Positions 1-13,000 of a DNA stretch of 64,000 bases are shown in pieces (position 1 is the stretch's first letter; each line of letters begins with the position of its first letter). Position numbers and translations under genes: made by a program. The notes under the pieces are model-generated. The model searched no databases. It was not told the DNA's origin and saw only the letters and a list, made by a program, of their open reading frames with translations. The stretch comes from Tubiluchus corallicola (taxonomy: Eukaryota; Animalia; Priapulida): NCBI GenBank assembly GCA_030141605.1, contig JAQGDQ010000106.1, forward strand, positions 124,001 through 188,000, read 5' to 3'.

Positions 1-648
1 GCTGACTTCGATGATGTTATTGATAACTTTTCATGGTCACCATTTCAATCATGTTGACCTTTGCCATCGTCATTATTGTAGCTCCCAACCTTACATTACC
101 TCTTATTTTTCCAGTTGTACAACTGCTTATCCGAAAGTTTATGAATTCGAAGTACTTACTAAAAGTAGCTACTTTTGCATCACTTACTGCATTTACAAGG
201 GCATAAAATAGTTAAATTGCACATCAGCCTCTTTAATACTTTTATCAAAGGATTCTAATGGAACACTATGTTGAAGATAGTAGAAAAAGCAGGTCCAGAC
301 AATACATTAATTCTAGTAGCTTAACATTTACAATCGCATAATATGTAATATATTGCCAGACAACAGTTTTTAACAATCTGAGAAAAATTATAGTAAAAAT
401 AACTAAATAAGCCATATAGTATTAAATTCTTAGCCACATGAAATTTTTTTGTGAAGGATCAATCCATTTTTTGATAAGTTTTATTTTGTAGTATTTTGTA
501 ATGATTAATGTGTATATTCTGCTAAATGTAATCTTTTATCTGACAAATTTTATTTATTATTGATTCAAAGTTTTAATATTATTTTTTGCCTTATTTTTAG
601 ATTTTCATTGATACCATGGAAGTTAAGAAACACTGAACTGACATAAGA

Positions 649-3600
649 ATGGCACGTTTGTATCGTCAGGATGGCGGGTGGGCATGGATGGTTCTCATCT
701 CCTGCTTCATTGGACACATCATATTCATTGGCATGTCTTTCTCATATGGTGTTTACTTTGTCATTTTTCGAGATCACTTCGGCAGTGCGGCAAGTCTTAC
801 TTCATGGGTTGGTTCTCTTAATACTGGCTTGCTGTTTGGAGCAGGTAGGCATTTTTGCCAGTTTTTATTAACATAATTTGTTTGCTGTAGCTATGTTGAA
901 AGTTTTCAGAAATTGCTGACATGTGTGCAAGTGAATTTTCTTCTTAGACATGGTGTTTGAAGTAACATGTCACATTTTTTGCAAACTATAATATTGCAGG
1001 TCTTTGCTTTCAGTTGAAAACTGATACAGCTTTAGACCACTTAAATTGTCATTTCAATACCCCAAGAATGATACTTAGTTGGTTACCACAGCAGTTAATA
1101 TTAGTTCATCCGTCTTCATTAGTGTGTAGAGCATTTAAAAAATGTGCAGCTTGGAGTAAAAAATACGACACTAGGCACTGATGGTATGTTTTTTTGTTAC
1201 TTTTAACCTGCTATTTTGCTTAAAGAGGAAGCTTGGACATAGTCGTCAGAGCCAGAATTATGAAAGCTGATTGCCTTACAGTTGAAAAATGTTTCAAATT
1301 ACATGTATATTCCAATGCTTTTATCCATCTGGACAGGGGCTACAATTTAATGTTTGGTTACTTGTATGTATATATATATATTAAATTGCTACATTGTGTT
1401 GCAGCTAGGTAAGAACTAACCTCAACTATGCCACATACTAATCAAAATTGAAAAAAAGATTAATGTACATTGTTAAAAATATATTTTATACGTAGTGTAG
1501 TTATGGAATGTTGGTGATTATAAATGCTTAAATTGCATTGCTAATTAAAATGTGCAACAACCATTGTATGACTTATTTTTAAGTTATTTGTTACTCCCAA
1601 ATAAGAAATTTCAATAATATAGACTGTCACGTTCTTAGGAGATATTTAAGTTTGCAATCTTTTTCTTCAATCCCAGGGCTCGGAATAACATTTGGTACTC
1701 TGCCGGAAACTCAGCTGAAAATAACTTTCTTGACAGCACTTCCTGTGTAAGAATGTTTTAACCGATGTGCTGAAAAAATGGCTTGTCTGCTGAGTTAAGC
1801 TAGCTATTGCTGTTTTTATCATTTTATTTTATATCACACTGTAACTGCCTGCTGTAAAAATTTTGCAAAAAAAGAATTTATTGTTGACACGTTGACAAAG
1901 TTTCAACTACCAGCATGTTCTATTTAGCCTGGTAGTTTGGCTCCTCCTCTCTTCTCTTTGTAGGTATTGTAAGCTAGGCAACTGCAGCTAAGAGGCTAAG
2001 CATTCTGAGATGTTCCTAACAGCCATAAATGTACTCTCAGTAGAATTTACTCCGATTTATGATTGCCACAAATAGTATTTGCAGTTATAAACCTTGCAAG
2101 TTTTATACTCAAGCATGATATTTCCAGATGTTTTGTAAAGCAAGTGTTCGTGTCTTGAATTACTGTATTTGAAGGTCATTTGCTTGTAAATCTATGGAAT
2201 ATGCTCATTTTTTGAACAAAAATCTTTAGTTGTATGTAATTCTGATATTGTATAGTTAGCTTTGAACTGCATTGCAATCCATACCTAATGCCTGTAGCTT
2301 TGATACTTAACTAAGCGAGAAATTAGATAATTGTCATTTATTAACTTACTTCAGTTTTTAACATTCACAGTTTCACATCCTTTTAAATTTCTATGAAATT
2401 TTTGTTGTAATGAATATATTTCATATTGTTCAATGAAATATGAAACATTCATAAAGTGTTTGAATCTATGGAGACAAATTGTCAGAGTCGAGTCAGAAAA
2501 ATGCTGAGTGTGTTTTCAGCTGTGATAGTAAATCAGCCTAAGAAACCATTCCTGTAATTGATAAACTTCATTTTAGTTGCTTTGAATTTCGTAAGAATTT
2601 TGTAAGCTAGCATTAATGTCACATTAAATTTAGCATTAAAATTAGGAGATCGTGTCTCTCAATACAGGGTTATGAAAGATCTTTAGATTTCATGATCACA
2701 ATTATTGTGTAATCTTCTTTCATGCTCTTATGCTAAAAAAGCTAGAAAATAAACAATTTTTGCTGTAACGCCAGGTTTGAGAAGTGGAGTATTGAAACTG
2801 TCCCCACTGGGAGAGTTTGCAGATTTTGAGTAGGACCGAAATCTGAATCTTTCCCAATGACTCATCTGATGACCCTTTCCTTCGGTGGCAATTCTGTATG
2901 TCTGTGCCTTTGTAGACTGTATGGTTTGCAGTTGTTTGTGTGTGGTGTTGATGTCATTTGAGTTTAATTAGATATTCTGAATGTACATTCCAATCAACTA
3001 AATATGTTTTTGTTATTGCAATCTGAATATGCTGAATACTGCAGTTTACATGTTGCTGTGCACAATTTTTTTATTTTATTAGCATTACTACGGCACAAGT
3101 TTACATGTGGCAGATCATTACTGTAGGGATGTCAAAATCAGCAGAAAATGTGCATGTATTTCGAAAAATTTTAAATGTTCAGGTTTAGCATGTGAAACAA
3201 TGCAGTGGTTTGGGGGATACGATGTAGAGAGTTAAATACATTTACCAGATAGTTCTTGTCAGAATTTTCACTATCTTGGTTTCAAAAACTTCATTTCGTG
3301 AATCGGGGAATCAACCATTTCAAAACAACTACATTTACTCATTTTAAAAAGGCATCCAGTTGAGACAATATTGATCTTTGTTAAAAGTTCATAGACACAG
3401 ACTGACTTTACCCGAAAAATTTAGGGTCTACTTCGAGTCGGGAATTGCCTCACCCCGCTCCTTGACAAAAAAATGCCCGGATTTTGGGCACTTCAATTGG
3501 CGGCATAAGGAAATCTTCAGATTTCCGTTTATGAAAAGTATTACTTTTTTTCTTTCGTCATTTCGTTGGTGCCAGAAAAATTTGCTGACAGCCAGAAAAA

Positions 3601-6600
3601 AATGTGTTTGCCTGAATCTGGGGGGGGGGTTGTGGCCCCCTGGCTCGTATGCCTATGTTTATAGATGCGAGTACACTGCGGTAACATTTTAAAAATTAAC
3701 GTAATTTACGTTTGTTTGTTTGTGTAGGTCCAATTGCAAGTGTACTGCTAAACCTGCTTGGTTGCCGACCTACAATCATCATTGGAGGCTTCCTTGCTGC
3801 AGCAGGCTTTGTAGCAAGTTACTTTGCTACAGATATTTACCATCTGATTATAACTTTTGGACTTACTTCAGGTGAGTGATTTCAATGATGCCTTTCAGCT
3901 ATTAATGCTAGCAGGAGCTTGCTTGTTCAAAAGCAAGATTGTTTATCTTCTGCAAGAGCTATAAATTTTTTTCTGTAAATTCTGTTTAATTTGCTTTCCA
4001 AAATTTTGCACTTTTCATTGTAAGGCTCTTAGTGTGAAATTTGGGGTTTGTAAGCCCCAAGATCTAGTAAGCTGAAAGAATGAAAATTTGAAATTATTGC
4101 ATAGTCTCCATCCTACAGCATCCTAAGAAAAGCTGTATTTATGCTAATTTAACATAACCAGCTATTGACTATTTTTGCTTCTTTGTATAGGCCTGTCCAT
4201 TTAAGACTGCTCAGTCATATGATTCACACTTTCATTCGTCGCACCGAAAAGCTTATCTAGCCATAGACATCATTTTTATTTAGATCAATTAACACAGATG
4301 ATGATCACGATGATGCTGATGACTTTCTATATAAAAATTGCCATATATATACATATATATATATATATGTATATACGTGTATGGGAATTTTTACGTACAA
4401 ATCATCAGCATCATCATTATCATCATTGTCGTCATTGTATATATACACACACACATGTGTGCGTGTGTTTGTGTGTGTGTGCGCATGTGTGCATGTGTAT
4501 ACTATATACACACACACTCATGCACGTACACACACATGCGCACGCACGCACACACCCACACTAGGCCTCATGCCAAATATTTATGAATGGTGATAACAGT
4601 GATATTTGTATAAACGATGATGCGGTGCAGTTATAGCTGTCTAGTCTTGACTTTTCAGACTTCATAGAAAAAAAATATTTCAAAGCTCAAAATCCAATTA
4701 TTGTAATATTACGTTAGGCTTTGCATTTTCTTTTGTATGACTACATTTTCTTCTTTAAGCCTTGACGTCTTATGTCATAAGCCTAAATTTTGCATTTGCC
4801 TTTGCATGATTTTGGTTTAATTTTTTTCAGTTTTATACCTGTAATGTACAATTAAATGTGACTCTAATCTGAGGAAAACTGCCCTTTCAACATCCCAAAC
4901 AATAGTTCAATAATTTATTGCTGCACAACCCTTTTCATTTCTGAAAACAGGAATTGACACGAAATATTATTTTACTACAATGGTATTATGCAGTAAATAA
5001 TTCTTATTTATTTGCAGGCCTTGGATTTGGTATTAGTTATACACCTTGTGTCGTAATGGTATCAAGTTACTTCAACAGATGGCGATACCTTGCTACTGCT
5101 CTGGCCTGCAGCGGAGGTGGTGTAGGCTGCATCCTGTTTGCCATCATCTTTAATAAATGCAGTGAAGCATATTCATGGCAGGGTTCAATGTTAATCAATG
5201 GAGGAATAGCGCTCAATCTCGTACTGTGTGGAGTCATCATGAAACCACTGCCAGCAGCCGCAAAGACTAAAATGAAAGTGTGCGATGTGTCACTGTTTTA
5301 TGACGCAAAGATGTTCATGTTCGCATTCAGCATGCTTTGCTGGAATATTGGTTCTATCTCAGTTTATGTAATTATCGCAGACTATCTCATGGAGACCGGT
5401 GTATTACTTGATAAAGCTGTATACATTTACACCGTTATAGGTATTGCTAATACCATAGGTCGTCCTTCCGCTGGACTCACAGCTTTGTTCCCCCAATTTC
5501 ATTATGGGAATCATTGGGTTTACACCGTGTCTATAGCAATATACGGTGTAGCCACTCTGTTATTTAATCTCGATTCAACATATGGTATATATGCTTTATT
5601 CGCTGCTATTTTTGGGTTTTTCTTTGGCAGTCAGTTGGGTGCCATTGCAAACATAATCATTGATCTGTTTGGAATGGATAAGTTTAATAACAGCTACGGG
5701 TATCTGATGTTTGCACAAGGTGTGGGAAACATCATCGGACCACCAATTGCAGGTAAGCCCTAGATTTTCTATTTTTTTACATTGATCCGCATCGTTGTTT
5801 CGCTTAGCTTTCTTATCAGAAATTCTTGTGAACTATAGGAAATTAGTATGTAATTGATGCTATACGGCATTTGTAATTCTAATTTATTGTGTCTCTGTGA
5901 TGAAGATTTGGCTTGCAGTTGCAGGAGTTCTGAAGTTCATAAGTGATAAGTTTTGTTTTGGTCATATCTTGTTATTCGCGCATTCCACATTTACAGTGTT
6001 CCTGGCTGACAACCATCATTTTTTCTGGCACTAATGTTTTAAAAATGATGTATTGATGATGGTTACTCATTCCAAGTTAGTTTTTTCATAAAAGTCTGGC
6101 AAAGTAAGTTCAGTACAATATTGAATATAACTTGTGCCTGATACACATTAACATTAATATTAACCTGTTTAGAATAGTCCTGCTTTAAGTTTTTTGAAAA
6201 TGCTGAACCATTAATATTCATGTGTTTGGCTGGATAATAACCGGCTGCTGCTAGCAATCTTTATGGCTTTTAGCTAGTCACTTTAGCAATTCATGCTGGA
6301 TAATGGTGATGCACAATTGCACATCTAGTACGTGGCAATTGCTTTGGGCACTACTGGCCAGTGTTCACTGTCCACAATGTAAAAATCATCCTCTTTTGTA
6401 ATTTGTAAAGGCCGGTGTTGTTTGTTTATTGATAGTTTGTATTAAAGCTTCTGTTGTTTTGCAAAGGTGCATTGCGTGATATGACACAAGATTACATGGT
6501 TTCGTTCGTATTTGCTGGCTGCGCGAGTTTGCTTGGAGCAGCAGTTCTTGTGGTCATCTACTTTGTGGATAAGTCGCAGCGACGGTTTGAAGTCCACCAT

Positions 6601-6678
6601 CCTGTGCCAGGAGATGAACCTTTGGAAAAAGAGCATGAGCTTCAAGAAATGGCACCAATGGCCACAGTGGAAATTTAA
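649..6678 (+). CDS. Monocarboxylate transporter family protein (SLC16/MCT, MFS), 4 coding exons, ~428 aa
   Basis: Exons 649-844, 3728-3871, 5018-5752, 6467-6678. All introns are GT-AG and phase-consistent; total 1287 nt. Shows the SLC16 N-terminal motif DGGWAW, then GPIASVLLNLLGCRPTIIIGG, YFNRWRYLATALACSGGGVG, YSWQGSMLINGGI and GPPIAGALRD. The exact SLC16 orthologue cannot be assigned by eye. Confidence 0.92.
3410..3657. mobile_element. MITE/non-autonomous DNA transposon fragment
   Basis: GC-richer patch with repeated GCCCGGATTTT/GCCAGAAAAA motifs, ending GGGGGGGGGTTGTGGCCCCCTGGCTCGTATGCCTATG, which resembles a hAT-like MITE terminus. Confidence 0.4.
4345..4561. repeat. Compound microsatellite (TA)n, (CAT)n, (CA/TG)n
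   Basis: Directly visible simple repeats in MCT intron 2. They account for four spurious ORFs in the track. Confidence 0.9.
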
Positions 6679-8719
6679 AAATGTTTCTCAAAGCAGAACA
6701 AAAAACAAATCAGTGGCCTGGTTATTACCAATATTCCTTGTTAGAATGATGTTGTTTAGGCTGAAAAGAAAATATATACAGTGACATTTGCTTCTCGCTA
6801 AATTAGAAAAATGTACCTTATCTCACAAAACTTTAAGTTTAATCACTAACTGTAACTTTAATTGTATTACAGGAAATTTTACAGGAAATGTTTCACCAGT
6901 GTTCAGAAATTGCATCAGTAAAACTAGGCAAAAACAGTTATCCAACAAGTTCAGATGCTACATCACAATTATCTTTTAATAGATATTTTATGCAGTAAGT
7001 GCAGTCTGAGAAATGAAACATGGTGATTGATACGAGTACCTGAAATTGTTTAGGTATAGCTCACTATATTTGTGTTTGTAGGACGTTTTGTATGCTAGAA
7101 ACTGGTGCTAAGCCTTGAATAAACTAGCAACAATAAGGTATCACTTCCATTTTAGATGTATTGAAAAGTTTTACAACATTTCAATTTGCACCCTCCCTTT
7201 CATTGAGCGATGACGCTGTTTGATTAATGTTGATGATAATCATGGTTAATGCATTTAGTCAAGTGTGTTGTTCTTATTTATGCTGTTAAGCTACTGGTGC
7301 TTAGTATAGGTAAGGCTTGGGTATTCTTTTTAATCATGAGCCAGCAAGGTGTTTTTAGGGTCAGTTTCAATTTGTGTACCACCTCATGAAATTAAATGCC
7401 AAATGAGAATAGGCCTTGTTCACTGTTGAGATCTGACTGATCTATTTTTTAATGATACGTTGGCCTAAATTAATTTAATTATTAGTAATAGATACTAAAT
7501 GGTTTCGTGATAGTTGTTTGATTTATTTAGATAACACTTGTCTTGCCGTTTGTTGTTTATTGTTTTTATGCTATTATTGTTATCAGTTATTGTCATTTCA
7601 TTATGATATTTTTGTTAAATTACCATTATAGCTGTTAAAGCTATGCAACTTACCGAGCTTGTTTAATGTGTTCATGCTTGACAAATTTTCAAATCATAGA
7701 TGGCTGCATTATGTTTACTATAGGCCTAACTTTTGTTCGTTATTTGTGGGAAAGAAATTTAGATCATGGGTTAGGCAACTGTCCAAGTTTTGTGGCTGCC
7801 AAAGGCTTAACTATTTTTCTTTTACTCAAGACAAAAATGAGTGTATTTTCAGTAGAAAAGAATTCACAATAAAAAAATCTTGAACTAATTTATGTAATTA
7901 TGGAACTAAGTTAAAAAATGTAAAATTCATGAAGGCTTATCAGACTGGCAGTGTTTACAATGGTTTACACTATCTGTCCATTTTAGCCGGCATGCTTGAG
8001 CAGAGATATGCAAGTATATAAAAAAACTTGCAATGAGAGGGTGTTTTCATTGATGAGTGGCTTGCGTTATCTTTCCTGTATTAAACTATTTGTTGTACTA
8101 ACTTAGTTTACCAAAAATGTGATGCTAACAAGACATGCTGGACCTAGTGATGCATAACATCTTATGCCAGTTGCAGTTATATTGACAGTAGATTTAGCTA
8201 GATGGTATGATTATTGCATTTTTTTACTATACTATGCTTGACAGTAGCTAACTAGTGTTTTGTTTCTTACCAATTTATTAACTTATTTATTACTGGTATG
8301 AATCAGTATTAAACTGTGCTTTGAAGAACTTTAATGCATTTGGTGTGAATGTATGGCCACCATAAACCATTACTGTTTGCTCAATTGCTTATCTATGTTG
8401 ATTATCAGTTGTGTCATTGAAGTTGGAGGAAGACGTGGTATCTTACTTCGTAACTTGTGCGTCAAACATTTGCAAATGTGTGTGTGCATTATAAGGCTTG
8501 TTGTTTACTGGCACTAATCTAAAATCACATTTTGCAAATATTGAGCTTCAGTTGTATAAAAAAGGATAATTACATCAAGTGGCGGCAAAAAGTGCGCTGA
8601 AGTTTTGGTTGTGATATTATAGGAAGGAAAAGAATCTCTCGAAAATTACCACACTGGTGTTGTGTAATGTGTATACGTATGTATAAGAACCAAAAAATTT
8701 TAAGTAATTTTCTTAGATT

Positions 8720-9500
8720 TTTCTAGAGATACACGTCTTAAATCAAGATGTCAAAAAAGTAAACGTCGAACAAGTTTCGCACATCATCATTGTTAAAATT
8801 TGAAGCAAGTGCTCTATGTCCAGGGTCCACCCTTTTCAATGTAAACTAGGTAAAGGTATTTCTTCAAACAGCTGATACAGTTTTCTCACTTCTCTAAAGG
8901 GCATTTGGTCCCCGCGCTTAACAATTTTTGCTTTTCTTCCTCTGCTTCAAACGACTCCCAGTAGCCATTGTACACTTTCTTTTTAAGGGAGCTCCAGATA
9001 TTGTCTAGATGATCAAGTCCCATTTATTTTTATTGACAACAAATATCTATCAGTATTTTACTTTCTGTGGTGAAGACTGTGATGCAAACTTGCTAATTTC
9101 TTTACTGTTCTGTTGTTGTGTAATGAGAGTGTTATACGTCAACGCTTACAAACTTGTAACATTCACTGCCACAAGCTAATGCATTGAACTTCCCCTTTGA
9201 AATTTCGATTTTGTAGATCACTTGCTTCTCATATTTTTCCAGTTATAACTTCAGCACGTTTTTTCTGCACCACGATTCTCAACCTTGAGGAAGGGATCTC
9301 AAATGTCGATAAGTGGGCATTAGCAGTGTTTGTGAAATGAATGTAATACCCCTTATAGCATTCTTAGAAAAAACATTCGTAGCAATAATTTGTCTTGAGA
9401 AAAGTTGCTGCTGCGAAAGGTGATATAAAGACATTGTTGAAATTTGTTGTTTGCAGTTGAACTTTAGAAATCGTCTGTAGCTTTGCTTACTGTGAAAAAT
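8720..9500 (-). mobile_element. Degenerate Tc1/mariner-like transposase remnant
   Basis: Minus-strand fragments DHLDNIWSSLKKKVYNGYWE and EVRKLYQLF...IEHLL resemble the C-terminus of IS630-Tc1-mariner transposases. Many frameshifts; boundaries are approximate. Confidence 0.4.
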
Positions 9501-10048
9501 AAACAATATAAAGCATCAGTTATTTTGGTTCGAGAGTTTTTTTAGATTTTACTCCACCCGAACTACAGTAGATGGAAACAAAAACAATGTTTACTTGAAA
9601 AAAAGTTTATAAGGACAACAACTGTAAAAATAACAGCAGAGGTTTCAGTGTGCTGTTGTAAAAAGTTAGTTTTTTGTAAGGACAAATGTTCACTAATGAC
9701 TTTAGTTTTCACTAACTGCCAGACAAAGCTACACTAAATGTCCAAACAAAATCAGAATTTTGCAATACTGTAGCTAATCATGATAATATCTGTGAAACTC
9801 GTACAAGCATACTAATAGCCCTAGTGACCAATGACCACCATTTCTGGGAAGCGCATTCATTGCTAGATTTGCTTGAATTCCAACATTTTCAAGCTCTTAA
9901 TGTATATTTAGGAAGTGCTCCCTGAATTGTGAGTAAAACACATTAAAGGGTAAATAAATATTTTTTAATACAAAAATGTGGCTTTGTGTTGTATGGAACA
10001 GGCTTTCTGGATTTAAGGATAAGTTGCTGAATGTTGCAAGCCGTCGCG

Positions 10049-13000
10049 TCAAGAGTTGTCCTCAACAACAAGCATTGCAGAGAATCGCTTTAAATCTACC
10101 ATTCCAGTTTCCTGATCGACCACTGCAGACAACGTTTCTTCGATCTCTTCTTTATTAAATGGTTCGCCTAAAAACAGTACTCTAGATGTAGCACTGAAGC
10201 TTAAACAATTTATCTTACATAAAATAACAAAAATAGTTGATATTACGTAACAAATCTCATGATTGTATTTAATTTTAGCTATCCCTAATGGCATTAAACT
10301 GGGATATTTCAGTCTTGTTTAATCATGTCACAATCTGGAGCAAAAAATGCAAACCATTAAGTGGTGTACAAACTGATACTACTCTGCAATTCCATACTTT
10401 GAATTAAGCATTTTTATAAGTGTAGTTACCTTCGGTAGTCAATAAATGGGTCAGTTCTTCAACCGTAAAAACTCCCTTGCTTTCCGGATCTATGACATGA
10501 AAAGCTTTCAGTATTTTGTCTTCTGGAGCAGGACTCAACCTGATGAAACGAATAGCTAGTAAAAACTGATGAAGAAATTGACACATGATCACTGCATGCA
10601 ATATTAGTTCTCTACTATGTTAGAGTGACAAGAATAAACATCTCGTCATCTTACCTTCTTTCCATTAATATTTGAGTCATCACAGGCAGAAACTTTTGAT
10701 ATTTGACGTAACCAGGTGGATCATCTTCCTCTACCTATTATAGTAATTGCATTAACATAAGACCTGACATCCTCAAATGCCTCTAATAACACTACCTGGT
10801 GATGCCACCTCACGTCCGATTTCACTCATGAATATTACGGCATTACTTGTGGGTAAAATTACAAATCGCACTAATGAACAACAATGCTAACTAAGGTTTT
10901 TAGATTTCATAGATTAAGGTTTCTAGGAAGAATTCTAGTCTTGCAGTATTGCTAGATACCCTCCATGGACTTATTTTCATTGTGTTAATCTATAGATGCT
11001 ATTAACAGATATCTATTAATATATACTTGTGCACTCGCAAGTAATTCGTTAGCTCTTTAAATTGAAGAAATCATTGAATTAAGTGAAAACTGGGTTACAT
11101 AATTTGAAAATTTTGAAATGCTGAATACAGTAGAAACATATTACAAAGAAATAATACTCTTAAATAGTAATTACAATAATATTTTGAAAGTAGAATTTTA
11201 ATGACAGCATATACATTCTAATAGATAGGCACCAAAAGTGAAAACTTGTTAAGTGCTAACATAGAAAAGCAAGTTCAATTAATTAAGCAAAAACTGACAA
11301 AAAACAAAGGATTAGTAAACCGTTTAAAAGGAGCAAAATGGTGGAAACAGGGACAGAGATGGTGGATAAAAGAATGTTCAAGGAAAGAAAGGTTGTTTGA
11401 GAAGACTCCTCTCAGTGACCCCAAGAAGGTGTTCAGAATTCGATTAAAAGACATGGCTACGACTAATGTATCACACAGATACAGGGGTTTGTTGAAAAGA
11501 CCTAGCTTATATAAGCGGCAAAAAAGTTTTGTTTAAGAGAAGATTTAAAGCTGCGAATGCTGCATTGACTTTTATTGTTTATGGGTAGCGAGTTCCATAA
11601 TTTGGAAGCACTATAGCTAATGAAATATTTTGCAATATTTGTTCTACAATAATGATTTTATCTTGTATTAAACAACTTAACATTGTTAATTATAGGATTC
11701 TTTAAGAGTGAGGGGAAGAGATCATTATTGGTTTGATAAACAAAAATTGTAAGAAATTAGATCATCAGTGGATAGAATTCTGTAGTCGCTATAATGCGTT
11801 CCACTTACTAGATTAAATTTAGGAAGTTTATAAAGGGTGCATATGAATTTACGCTTCAAGCTATGAAGTGAGTTCAAATTAGTCTTGTATGTACTACCTC
11901 AATGCATATTAACTCAGAAAGACATGGTAAGATCAGTGTGTTATACAAAGTTATTGAGTGAATCGAAGTTAAAGAATTTTGCCTAGTTATTATCCAAGAC
12001 TAGGTGTATATGCATATGCTTATGCACACAGGAGTTGATTGGAGTTTCAGCTCTGATATTTGTAAACAGCAAATCCAAATTAACCACATCCTAATAGTGG
12101 ATTTAAATGTAGATAAAATTTAAGCAAACTTGCAAAACTATATGACACATACAAGACTGGTGCAAAAAACATGAAGAACTTTTAGCCACTAAAAGGAGTT
12201 AACAGACTTCACACAAGTTAATGCAGTGTGTTTACATATACTATAGGAATGCATGGAGATTTAAATCAAGTACCCTAAAAAAATAAACTTTTAGAATACT
12301 TTACTTCTGCTAAAATATCTTGCAATTCGTACTCTGTGGGACAGCAGTTCAGTGATCGAATTATGGTGCCAATTTCCCTGTAAGATACGACATAATTGAA
12401 ATAATTACACATATTTTTAGTAAATAATTTGACATTGCAATTCATACAAGCCACACAATGTATACACACATTTTAGTAGAATGCAGTAGTATTATACAAA
12501 GTGTTCCTAAAGAAACAATGCAGCAAAAAAAGGACAAAATGAACATGGACGTCTGCATCTTGACATCAAAATTTCCGTACTATATTGGTATATAAGTTAG
12601 TATGAATTCATATGCTGATTGAACTTTGTATGATGTAGATGATATTGACATGTTTTACGGCATTTGTTAGTGAACCAGCTCTTTTGAAACACCCTGTATA
12701 TACACTATATTCAGTAACAGTTTCAGACAAGAATAAAAATTTTATATGAAAATGCATGTAAACCAAATATTTTGCTCGTACCTAACATCAAACATTCAGC
12801 TAAGTTGTCAGTCTCCTAGTATTTTTCTTATTTATATTAACAGGGAAGATGTGTAAATTAATAAGTTATACTAAAGGAAGTAAACACAATAGCGCATACA
12901 TGTTGTTCAGCAAATGCTGTCGTTTTTAGCCACGTTTAGCAATTTTTGGATTCCCATGTTTAACTGTTCATTTCAGGCCATTACACAAAAGTTCTTGGAG

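Noticed and set aside
634-636. Selenocysteine reading of the in-frame TGA upstream of MCT
   Set aside because: I found no convincing SECIS by eye downstream of 6678, and SLC16 proteins are not known selenoproteins.
4298-4593. Four overlapping His/Cys/Tyr-rich ORFs
   Set aside because: They are translations of microsatellites.
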